A stretch of DNA of 64,000 nt from an uncultured Prevotellaceae bacterium (lineage in GTDB: Bacteria; Bacteroidota; Bacteroidia; Bacteroidales; Bacteroidaceae): contig OMXV01000017.1 in assembly GCA_900315075.1 (NCBI GenBank), positions 2,736-66,735 on the forward strand, read 5' to 3'. The position numbers and the translations under genes are program-made. Positions 21,106 to 29,250 of this stretch are shown in pieces (positions within the stretch are counted from its first letter, which is position 1; each line of letters starts with the position of its first letter). Under the pieces are notes generated by a model. It was not told the origin of the DNA and ran no database searches. It saw nothing but the letters and a program-made list of their open reading frames with translations.

Positions 21106-21975
21106 TCACACATTTCCGAGATAGACGTGGTTGATGCCCTCCTCTTGTGCTATTCGTTTTGCCTTCTTGAGCGTTTCAAGCGGTGTTGGTGGCAGATTTC
21201 TCATACGGTATTGGGGAAAAAATCGTGAAAAATGCAGAGGCGCACCCTCAAGTTGGTTATCCACGATCCATCGGCACATTCTCCGTATCATCTCCATGTC
21301 GTCGTTTACTCCGGGAATGAGCAAGTTGGTCAGTTCTATCCATACCCCGGCATCTCGCATGGCCAATATGGTGTCGAGCACCGTCTGCAAATCACCTCCA
21401 CTCACTTTTCTATAAATCTCGTTGCTGAACGACTTTAGGTCGATGTTGGCAGCATCAAGCCACGGCAAAAGGTCGTTTAAAGGCTCTGGGCATACATAGC
21501 CCGCCGTTACGAGAATATTCCACAGCCCACGTTCATGTGCCAATCTTGCCGTATCAATCACATATTCGATATAGGTGAGTGGTTCGGTATAGGTGTAAGC
21601 AATGCCCGGACAATATTGCTGGATACAGATTTCCACCATCTCCTCGGGGGTGATGTCATACGCCCTGACATCCGAGGGAGCCACCTGCGAGATATCATGA
21701 TTCTGGCAATTCAAGCATCTGAAATTGCAACCAGTGCATGCAAATGACAAGCATTTCGTGCCAGGATGGAAATGATAGAGCGGTTTCTTCTCCACGGGGT
21801 CCACGGCCAAGGCACACGGATGTCCATATACCTCACTCACGAGCACGCCTCCGACATTCCTACGACTGCGGCAAATCCCAGTCTTTCCCTCAGTCATTTT
21901 GCAATGATGTGGGCAGAGCAAACACTCCACCCTTTCATTGTCTATTTTACGATAATATTTACTTTTGTATTGCAT
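21106..21975 (-). CDS. amrS: AmmeMemoRadiSam system radical SAM enzyme
   Basis: CLLCPHHC, DPVEKKPLYHF, CNFRCLNCQN (CxxxCxxC), TYTEP, LHFSRFFP. Confidence 0.92.
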   Translation of the reverse strand: MQYKSKYYRKIDNERVECLLCPHHCKMTEGKTGICRSRRNVGGVLVSEVYGHPCALAVDPVEKKPLYHFHPGTKCLSFACTGCNFRCLNCQNHDISQVAPSDVRAYDITPEEMVEICIQQYCPGIAYTYTEPLTYIEYVIDTARLAHERGLWNILVTAGYVCPEPLNDLLPWLDAANIDLKSFSNEIYRKVSGGDLQTVLDTILAMRDAGVWIELTNLLIPGVNDDMEMIRRMCRWIVDNQLEGAPLHFSRFFPQYRMRNLPPTPLETLKKAKRIAQEEGINHVYLGNV

Positions 21976-23489
21976 CAGAACACGATAGCTTCATAAATAT
22001 ACAGTTCTGCATCCCGCCAACCGTCCCATCCTAATCCAGCCTTGTCGCGCGAGCAATGCCCCAAGAATTCCTCTTTTGTCCAGTCCACCTCGTCTGCCAC
22101 CTGTGGCAAGAATGTGCCACTGCGATAACCCTTCTTGATATATATACCATGCTTGTGAAGTTGGAATTCATCGATGCTGTAGATTCTTCTCATGGGCGTG
22201 AGTACTGAAATTTCGATGTCGAGCGCCTTGAGTTCTTCGCGTCTCACGGGATTGAATCTTGGGTCTTCGAAAGCTGCCGCCTGTGCCATTTCACTGACAA
22301 TCTCATACAGCGCGGTATCCTCTCCAAAATGTCCGATACACCCACGGAGTTGTCCATGCTTATGCAGTGAGACGAAAGCCCCACATTGGCGGCGAAGTGT
22401 CGGTGTTAGTCCTGTTGGCGTATATGTAGTGTTGTCGAGTGCAGCCTGAATACTTTGCCGTGCGATTTCCTTGAGCGTCTTCTTTTCATCTTTGGTCAGT
22501 GTAAAACTGGCATTTTCTGGCGTCTCTTCAGTATTATTCTTCTCGTTTCTGCTTATAGCAAAGGCATGGTACCCCACCACTCGGTCTCTTCCTGTAGGAT
22601 CGATGTCGCCTGAATTTTGATAGAGCAGATGCTGAATGTCATATTGGCGGTCGAGCATAAGCATCAGCGTGATGATGGCAAACTCGCCACACGCGCTGGT
22701 GTCGAGGTTTCGCATACCACTTTTGGCATTGCTCTCTATCGCTGCGATGAATTGTTCCACGTCGCCACTCTCCACAGCCTTTCCCGTGATGCCGTCCACC
22801 CTGTATGCATCCTTGTAGGAAGGATAATGAGAGAAATCACTGCTGATGACAAAGAGATTGTCGTCGTTGAGATATGGCTTCAGCACCTCGGCTATCCTCA
22901 TGAGTTTTCTGTAGTCATTGGTACTGATGATAATGGGGACGATGGGCGGTACCTCTTTCATTCGTCTTTGCAGGAAAGGCAGTTGCACCTCAAGGCAATG
23001 TTCCCTATCGTGCGCCCTTGCCTTGTATTTGAAGACGCTATCAGCGGCAATGAGTTTATCCGTTGTCTCGCAATCCACCTTGACATTTCCGAGCGGTGTG
23101 GCATAATATTCCACCCCTATATTGACCGAAGCGCCATCGACCCATTCATAATGACTGGGACCGAGCAGGAAGATGCGCTTGTATTTTTTGTCGGGGTCGA
23201 TGGTTTTGAATGCTGCCGCTGCCACATTTCCAGAGTAATAATAGCCGGCATGGGGTACGATTACCGCAGCCAAGTTCTTGCGTGGTGTGATGTCGCCATG
23301 ATTGTCAAATAGAGAGTCCACCTCGTGGGCAAGGATACTCGAATCGCTCTCATAAAATCTCCCCGCCTGGGTTGCCGGCCTCACTATCGGTGTCTGGGCG
23401 GCAGTAGTTTTGTCGCTTGTGCAATTTGGTGTCATAATAATCAAAATGGATAATAATAGTATATATAGTTGTCTCATAGGGTAATGCAT
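21975..23489 (-). CDS. AmmeMemoRadiSam protein B (MEMO1-like) fused to protein A (AMMECR1-like), with hydrophobic N-terminus
   Basis: AGRFY, VPHAGY, GPSH, EHCLEVQLPF, SSDFSHY; then GAFVSL..LRGCIG, DPRF, TFLPQVA. Confidence 0.9.
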   Translation of the reverse strand: MHYPMRQLYILLLSILIIMTPNCTSDKTTAAQTPIVRPATQAGRFYESDSSILAHEVDSLFDNHGDITPRKNLAAVIVPHAGYYYSGNVAAAAFKTIDPDKKYKRIFLLGPSHYEWVDGASVNIGVEYYATPLGNVKVDCETTDKLIAADSVFKYKARAHDREHCLEVQLPFLQRRMKEVPPIVPIIISTNDYRKLMRIAEVLKPYLNDDNLFVISSDFSHYPSYKDAYRVDGITGKAVESGDVEQFIAAIESNAKSGMRNLDTSACGEFAIITLMLMLDRQYDIQHLLYQNSGDIDPTGRDRVVGYHAFAISRNEKNNTEETPENASFTLTKDEKKTLKEIARQSIQAALDNTTYTPTGLTPTLRRQCGAFVSLHKHGQLRGCIGHFGEDTALYEIVSEMAQAAAFEDPRFNPVRREELKALDIEISVLTPMRRIYSIDEFQLHKHGIYIKKGYRSGTFLPQVADEVDWTKEEFLGHCSRDKAGLGWDGWRDAELYIYEAIVF

Positions 23490-25888
23490 TATGGAACAGA
23501 TTGGATAACCGTTTTAGCCGTTGGCAGAGTTGATTTCGTCTCCACGGTTACCCGTCCTTTCTTCTTTAGACTTCTCACGACAATCATACCCCTGCCACAC
23601 CATGTGGTGAGCCGTGGAGAGACGGTAGGTTCCAAGTCCTTGAGGTTGGCACTGGCGGCAGCCATGAGCGTTGCCGCACCTTTGACATGAATATCGAGGG
23701 GGATGGCTGCATCGGGCACCACATTCCCCTCGCTGTCGATGATTTCCACGACGATAAAGGCGAGATCCTGCCCATCTGCCTTGAGGGTATTTTTGTCAGT
23801 TGTCATTCTAATGGCAGCTGGTTGTCCTGCCGTCTTCAGCATTGTCGATTCCACCACGCTACCATTCTCCACTGCCTCAGCCTTTAGCACGCCAGGCTGA
23901 TAGGTCACCGAAAATGTCGCCTTAAATTCTGTGGAGCGATTCACTTTTTTCGTTGCTATCAGTTGATCGTTCAAGTAGAGTTTTACCTCTGGCCGTTTGG
24001 TATATACTTCCACGTCAACAGGTTTTCCTTCCCATCCATTCCAAGTCCATGACTCCCAAGTGGGCCACACCGACCATGCTGTTTCCTTGATTTTCCCATT
24101 ATAGCCATTTGGTTCTTTGACGGCGAGATATATTCTGGTATTGTCGTTCCACAGCATCTCTCGATAGTGGCTGATAGGTTTTCGCCATCCTGTAATATCC
24201 ACATCGCCACAGTAGGCACCATGCCATGGGTGATGAACACCCTGATAGTGCTCACCTGGTGTTTCTCCATCGTAATAATACCGTCCTATTCCCGACTCTC
24301 CTAAATAGTCGAGACCTGTCCATACGATATCGCCGATGATATAGGGGTATTCCGAAACGATGGCCCAATTACTAAAAGCGTCACGTGGGTAACTCTCCGT
24401 CTGCCAAATCACTCGTTTGGGATCACGCAGATGGTCTTCTGCATGTTTGTGAATCATGTAGTTGTATCCTACAATGTCGAGCACCTCGGCATGTGGGTCA
24501 AACAGTGGCCATTCACGTCCAGAGCCGTCCCATGAACACAAAGCCTCAGTCACAGGTCGTGTGTTGTCATACTTGAGAATGGTCTTTTTCAGTTTCCTTG
24601 CCGTTGAAATTACATCGATGGTCCTGCGTTCAATCACTTCGTTGCCGATACTCCATGCGATGATGGATGGATGGTTTCTGTCGCGCATCACCATTGCCCT
24701 AACATCATCGGCATAGCATGAGTCGATGAGTGTAGAATAGTCGTACTTCGTTTTTTGCTCATACCATCCATCGAAAGCCTCGTCGATAACCATCATCCCT
24801 ATACTGTCGCAAGCATCGAGGAAAGCCCTTGTAGTGGGATTATGACTTGTCCGTATCAAATTGAATCCCGCATCTTTCATCTGTCTCACTTTTCGTATCT
24901 CTGCACGGTCAAATGCCATCGCACCGAGCACACCATCATCATGATGCACACATGCCCCATTGATAAGTATGGGCTTGCCGTTGAGCAGGAATCCCCGTTC
25001 GGCATCGTAAGAAAACTCTCGTACGCCAAAGGTGACCATCTGACTGCCAACGGCTTTTCCACCTTCCTTCAGCATTGCCTCTGCTTGATAACAAGTAGGA
25101 GAATCTGGCGACCATAGTTTTGGATGGTCTATGACATGCTCAAAAATGATTGTCTTTCGTTCTCCTGCATTGAGGGTGACGGACTGGGTATTCATCGGGA
25201 TCTGCATTCTCGAGTTCTGTAAATTGGAATGGTTTTGCAATCCCGAAACTACCTGAACTTCTCTTTGCTGTTCCGATTCATTCACCACCTCCACCGCCAC
25301 ACGAACCACAGCTTGATTTTCCGACACTTTCGGCGTGGTGACATAGACACCATTTTCAACTATGTGAAGCCTACCATTTGTCTGCAACCATACATGTCTA
25401 TAAATACCCGAACCACTATACCAACGACAGTTGGGTTGCAGGCTATTATCCACCCTCACAGCTATCGTGTTTTTACCTTTCTGCTGAAGGAACGGTGTGA
25501 CGTCGATGGTGAAAGGTGTATAGCCGTATGCATGCTTACCTGCCAAATTTCCATTGACATACACTTCACAACGTTGATAAACTCCCTCGAAATGTAGGCT
25601 CACCAACTCTGCTGTGGGTGTATAGAATTGTTTGCGGTACCATCCAATGCCAGCAGGATAATACCCTCCCCCATTCTCTGTAGCCGCCTTCACCTCGGGG
25701 GTATGATAGATATCCCAGTCATGTGGCAGATTCACATTTTGCCACCTTGAATCATCAAAGTTTGTCTGCCATGCCTCTGCGACATCCTGTTCTATGAATT
25801 TCCACCCATCGTCAAAGAGCGTCAGCTCTTGGGCGGAGAGTAGCAAAGGCAATGTAATAAGTACGAGGAGTAATATGTATCTTTTCAT
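23489..25888 (-). CDS. Glycoside hydrolase family 2 (beta-galactosidase-like)
   Basis: LPHDW, HFEGVY, RWYSGSGIYRHVW, IRTSHNP, RDRNHPSIIAWSIGNE. Confidence 0.93.
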   Translation of the reverse strand: MKRYILLLVLITLPLLLSAQELTLFDDGWKFIEQDVAEAWQTNFDDSRWQNVNLPHDWDIYHTPEVKAATENGGGYYPAGIGWYRKQFYTPTAELVSLHFEGVYQRCEVYVNGNLAGKHAYGYTPFTIDVTPFLQQKGKNTIAVRVDNSLQPNCRWYSGSGIYRHVWLQTNGRLHIVENGVYVTTPKVSENQAVVRVAVEVVNESEQQREVQVVSGLQNHSNLQNSRMQIPMNTQSVTLNAGERKTIIFEHVIDHPKLWSPDSPTCYQAEAMLKEGGKAVGSQMVTFGVREFSYDAERGFLLNGKPILINGACVHHDDGVLGAMAFDRAEIRKVRQMKDAGFNLIRTSHNPTTRAFLDACDSIGMMVIDEAFDGWYEQKTKYDYSTLIDSCYADDVRAMVMRDRNHPSIIAWSIGNEVIERRTIDVISTARKLKKTILKYDNTRPVTEALCSWDGSGREWPLFDPHAEVLDIVGYNYMIHKHAEDHLRDPKRVIWQTESYPRDAFSNWAIVSEYPYIIGDIVWTGLDYLGESGIGRYYYDGETPGEHYQGVHHPWHGAYCGDVDITGWRKPISHYREMLWNDNTRIYLAVKEPNGYNGKIKETAWSVWPTWESWTWNGWEGKPVDVEVYTKRPEVKLYLNDQLIATKKVNRSTEFKATFSVTYQPGVLKAEAVENGSVVESTMLKTAGQPAAIRMTTDKNTLKADGQDLAFIVVEIIDSEGNVVPDAAIPLDIHVKGAATLMAAASANLKDLEPTVSPRLTTWCGRGMIVVRSLKKKGRVTVETKSTLPTAKTVIQSVP

Positions 25889-25930
25889 GATTGTATGCTA
25901 AAAGGTCATAAATTAGTTGCTATATTCGGG

Positions 25931-26080
25931 ATTTTCAAATATCGTGCAAACCGAATGCAATGAAGCTCGCTTCTATTGCTGAGGTGAAGCCGATATTCAT
26001 GCGAAGCATAATTTTCAAATATCGTGCAAACCGAGTGAAATGAAACTTGTTTCAATTTCCGAGGTGCAGCCGATATTCAT
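25931..26080. repeat. Two tandem 70-bp imperfect palindromes (80-bp period) with compensatory base changes
   Basis: ATTTTCAAATATCGTGCAAACCGA...GAGGTG.AGCCGATATTCAT at 25931-26000 and 26011-26080. Confidence 0.88.
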
Positions 26081-26660
26081 CAGACATTGTCTGATAATTT
26101 TCAATTTTCAATCTCTTTATTACCTTGCAAGGGTTCCCTACAGCCACCACATTTGAGGGTATATCACTGACAACTACAGACCCTGCTCCGATGGTGACAT
26201 TGTCGCCGATAGTCACCCCTGGCAATATCGTGACACTACCCCCAATCCAGACATTGTTACCAATGCTGACAGGCAGAGCCCATTCACGTCGGCTGTTTCG
26301 CTCCACTGGGTCGGTGCTATGACAAGCAGTGTAGATGCTGACATTGGGTCCGATGAAACAGTCGTCGCCGATAGTTACATTTGCCTCGTCGAGCACAGTG
26401 AAGTTGAAATTGGCAAAGAAGTGTTTCCCCACGCGTATCTGCTTGCCATAATCGCAATAAAAAGGTTGGTTGATGATGATGTTGTCATCACCGATACGCC
26501 CAAGCAGACTCTTCAGTATTTGCAAACGTCGGGTAGAATCCGATGGTCTCAGGGCATTATATTCCCAAATGACATCCTTTACAGCATTTAGTTCCTCAAG
26601 CAACTGGGCATCTATGGCAGAATACAGCTCGCCCGACAGCATTTTCTCTTTTTCAGACAT
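26052..26660 (-). CDS. Sugar (maltose/galactoside) O-acetyltransferase
   Basis: EKEKMLSGELY, PFYCDYG, hexapeptide repeats, GNPCKVIK. Confidence 0.92.
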   Translation of the reverse strand: MSEKEKMLSGELYSAIDAQLLEELNAVKDVIWEYNALRPSDSTRRLQILKSLLGRIGDDNIIINQPFYCDYGKQIRVGKHFFANFNFTVLDEANVTIGDDCFIGPNVSIYTACHSTDPVERNSRREWALPVSIGNNVWIGGSVTILPGVTIGDNVTIGAGSVVVSDIPSNVVAVGNPCKVIKRLKIENYQTMSDEYRLHLGN

Positions 26661-26710
26661 AATTGATTTTTTTAGTTGACAAGTAAACAAGTTGACAAGG
26701 TATTTGAAAT

Positions 26711-26859
26711 GTAGTTAAAGAGTAGTTAAAGGAACATTAAACATTAAACATTGAAAATTGATAAATGAAGGGTAGTTAAAGGGTAGTTAAAGGGTAGTTA
26801 AAAGGTAGTTAAAGAGTAGTTAAAGGGACATTACCATTGAAAATTGAAAATTGAAGATT
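26711..26859. repeat. 11-mer tandem (GGGTAGTTAAA) plus TTGAAAA repeats; dispersed family
   Basis: Near-identical reverse-complement copy at ~32550-32621; fragments at ~20138-20172 and ~38897-38912. Confidence 0.85.
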
Positions 26860-26875
26860 ACCCATCACCCAGTCA

Positions 26876-27010
26876 CTTCTAACTTCTAACTCCTAACTCC
26901 TAACTCCTAACTCCTAACTTCTAACTCCTAACTCCTAACTCCTAACTCCTAACTCCTAACTTCTAACTCCTAACTCCTAACTTCTAACTCCTAACTCCTA
27001 ACTCCTAACT
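26876..27010. repeat. Heptamer tandem repeat (CTAACTC/CTAACTT), about 19 units
   Basis: Direct reading of the sequence. Confidence 0.95.
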
Positions 27011-27024
27011 AAATACACTCCTAA

Positions 27025-27690
27025 CTATTTAACCATTCTCTTGATTTGTGCCTCTGTGGCCTGTGGTAGAATGGTTTTGAAGTGAGTTATTAGTCGTTTG
27101 TATGATTCCTCTGGTGAACGTGGAGTCACACATGCATCACGCCCGAAGAGTTGTTCCGGAGTAGTCAGTAGCGACCATCCCCATCCATATTCATTGTTGT
27201 GTCGGTCTCTTGGATAGACAAAATCCTCGGTCACTATATAACACCCCATTTGCAGGCGGGTGATATAGGCATCAAACCGACTTCGCATCTTTGTCCCCGT
27301 GAATCCACAGGCGGCACGAAGTTCACGCGTAATCATACTACCACCTTCTTGCAGTGTCAGCAAGATGGCCTCCTCTATACTCCCCTCCTGCGGTTTTGGA
27401 TTCTGGCTTCTGCGGTAATTGTAAAAGTCGGGCCACCACTCCAAACTAATAAAACCCGCTTTCTTGTCGAAGAACTTCCCGTATGCACAATTGCCGTCGG
27501 TCACAATCGGCCCCTTCCATTTCCACAAGGGCCAGTCCCACCCGCCATCCGGGAAAACCACATATCTGCAGTCGTCATCCACCACCTCCTCTGCCGAGAA
27601 GCCAGCGATACCACTATACAACAGAGGCAGGAAACCAATCTGCTGGATATACTCCATCAACTGTGCACTGGAATGTATTTCTCTAACCAT
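27025..27690 (-). CDS. AlkZ-related conserved protein
   Basis: GFLPL, W.WK, YGKFF.KKAGFIS..W, YGWG pattern. Confidence 0.65.
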   Translation of the reverse strand: MVREIHSSAQLMEYIQQIGFLPLLYSGIAGFSAEEVVDDDCRYVVFPDGGWDWPLWKWKGPIVTDGNCAYGKFFDKKAGFISLEWWPDFYNYRRSQNPKPQEGSIEEAILLTLQEGGSMITRELRAACGFTGTKMRSRFDAYITRLQMGCYIVTEDFVYPRDRHNNEYGWGWSLLTTPEQLFGRDACVTPRSPEESYKRLITHFKTILPQATEAQIKRMVK

Positions 27691-27718
27691 AGTATAAAAT
27701 GTTTCTAAGCTAACTTGC

Positions 27719-27790
27719 TGCAAAGATAACGAAAACTGAATGCAGAACAAAATAAACTCCTCTTTTTTTATGCTGAAACGTATCTTATCT
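27719..27790 (-). promoter_or_regulatory. Hairpin element related to the 25931 repeats, carrying a full TTTG-N19-TATCTTTG promoter
   Basis: Minus strand TTTG-ttctgcattcagttttcgt-TATCTTTG; outer arms AGATAA/TTATCT. Confidence 0.6.
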
Positions 27791-27930
27791 CAATCATAGG
27801 CAACCATACGAAAAGAAAAAGATGTTAAAGGCCACGTGATGTAAGTTGAAATGTTTGGTTAATATATCATTTTATCATACTTTTGCGTAAAATACGCAAA
27901 AAAGACAATACTACCCATAAAAATCACACT

Positions 27931-28572
27931 ATGACCAAAAGAGAAGAACTGGAAAAGAATCCGGCCTTGCAGGAAGAACTGAGGCGGATGATGAACGGAG
28001 AACCTTATAATGCCCACACACCCGAGATGTATGCCTGGCGCGGGGAAGTAAAGAAGACGCTGAGGCGGTTGAACATCACGGAATACCATGAGCCGACTAT
28101 GGCAAGCATCACACGAGAACTACTGCCCAACTCTGCCGAGAACGTATTCGTAGAACCTCCCTTCTATTGTGACTATGGCAATCTGATTTTTGCTGAGGAA
28201 GGTGTGTTTATCAATTTCGGCTGTACCATTCTCGATGGCGGAGGAGTCTATATCGGGCGGAAGACTTTGATAGCACCAGGTGTACATATTTTCACGGCAG
28301 AACATCCGATTAATGCTGACGACCGTGCCAAATGGGAAATGTGCCGTCCTGTGCACATTGGTGAACGGTGTTGGATAGGCGGCGACGTTACCATCTGTCC
28401 GGGAGTAACTATTGGTGACCGCACTGTTATCGGAGCCGGTTCTGTGGTCATCCGCGACATACCAGCCGACTGTGTGGCAGTGGGTAATCCCTGCCGAGTC
28501 ATCAAAAGGGTTAATGGAGTACAAGAAAAAGATGACACAGGTGAGGAATGCCCAACTGTCCCTGACATGTAA
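27931..28572 (+). CDS. Sugar O-acetyltransferase (second copy)
   Basis: EPPFYCDYG, hexapeptide repeats, GNPCRVIK. Confidence 0.9.
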   Translation: MTKREELEKNPALQEELRRMMNGEPYNAHTPEMYAWRGEVKKTLRRLNITEYHEPTMASITRELLPNSAENVFVEPPFYCDYGNLIFAEEGVFINFGCTILDGGGVYIGRKTLIAPGVHIFTAEHPINADDRAKWEMCRPVHIGERCWIGGDVTICPGVTIGDRTVIGAGSVVIRDIPADCVAVGNPCRVIKRVNGVQEKDDTGEECPTVPDM

Positions 28573-28709
28573 CTATTTTTTCAGAGTAATTGGATTTGCT
28601 ATCTTTTTTAGGCTTTATTTGGCAAAATGTCTGGAATTATATAATTTTGCAGTGCTATTTGCAAAGGAGCATTTTCAGACGATGACGTCTGCGCTCCCAA
28701 TAGGAGAAC

Positions 28710-29048
28710 ATGAATCTGAAGACGAAGAGATATATAGCATCATGGAGTTTGTTGGCAGTGTTTCTGTCAATGCTCCTCTTGTCGTCTTTTCACATTCATG
28801 AAATCAATGAAAATTATGTACATTCTGAGTGCGCCCACCACCATTGTAGTGGACACCTAACACAACCCACTGCACAGATACACCAATGTCTACTCTGTCA
28901 GTTCTTGACACTTTCGATGTTGGTAGGCACACTATTGGTTATTATTCCCTTTCGTCTGGTTTTCACCAACAGCCAACAGTATTTCTTTTCTCTCAGTATC
29001 AACGCTGTAGGTGAAAAATCCACCCGAGCACCACCATTTTATTATTGA
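28710..29048 (+). CDS. DUF2946-like His/Cys-rich leader protein with C-terminal RAPP motif
   Basis: Hydrophobic N-terminus, HSECAHHHCSGH, CLLC, ends STRAPPFYY; lies upstream of a TonB receptor. Confidence 0.75.
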   Translation: MNLKTKRYIASWSLLAVFLSMLLLSSFHIHEINENYVHSECAHHHCSGHLTQPTAQIHQCLLCQFLTLSMLVGTLLVIIPFRLVFTNSQQYFFSLSINAVGEKSTRAPPFYY

Positions 29049-29250
29049 AGATTGTAAATTGAAAATTGAAGATTAGGGTTGCTGGGGCAACTCTACTTAT
29101 GCGATTCACCCCATTATGTGTCGCGTATGTAGAGGTACGTCCTCATAGCATCTTATACCACCCATTGAAAATGCTGGCTACCCCTATCTGATGCCTATGG
29201 CATCAACCCACAAAGAATTTGCGATACTTAATTAAGAAATATAAAACAGA

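Noticed and set aside
25931-26080. CRISPR mini-array or canonical integron attC
   Set aside because: Only a 10-bp gap between 70-bp copies; no clear RYYYAAC/GTTRRRY boxes and no integrase in the window.
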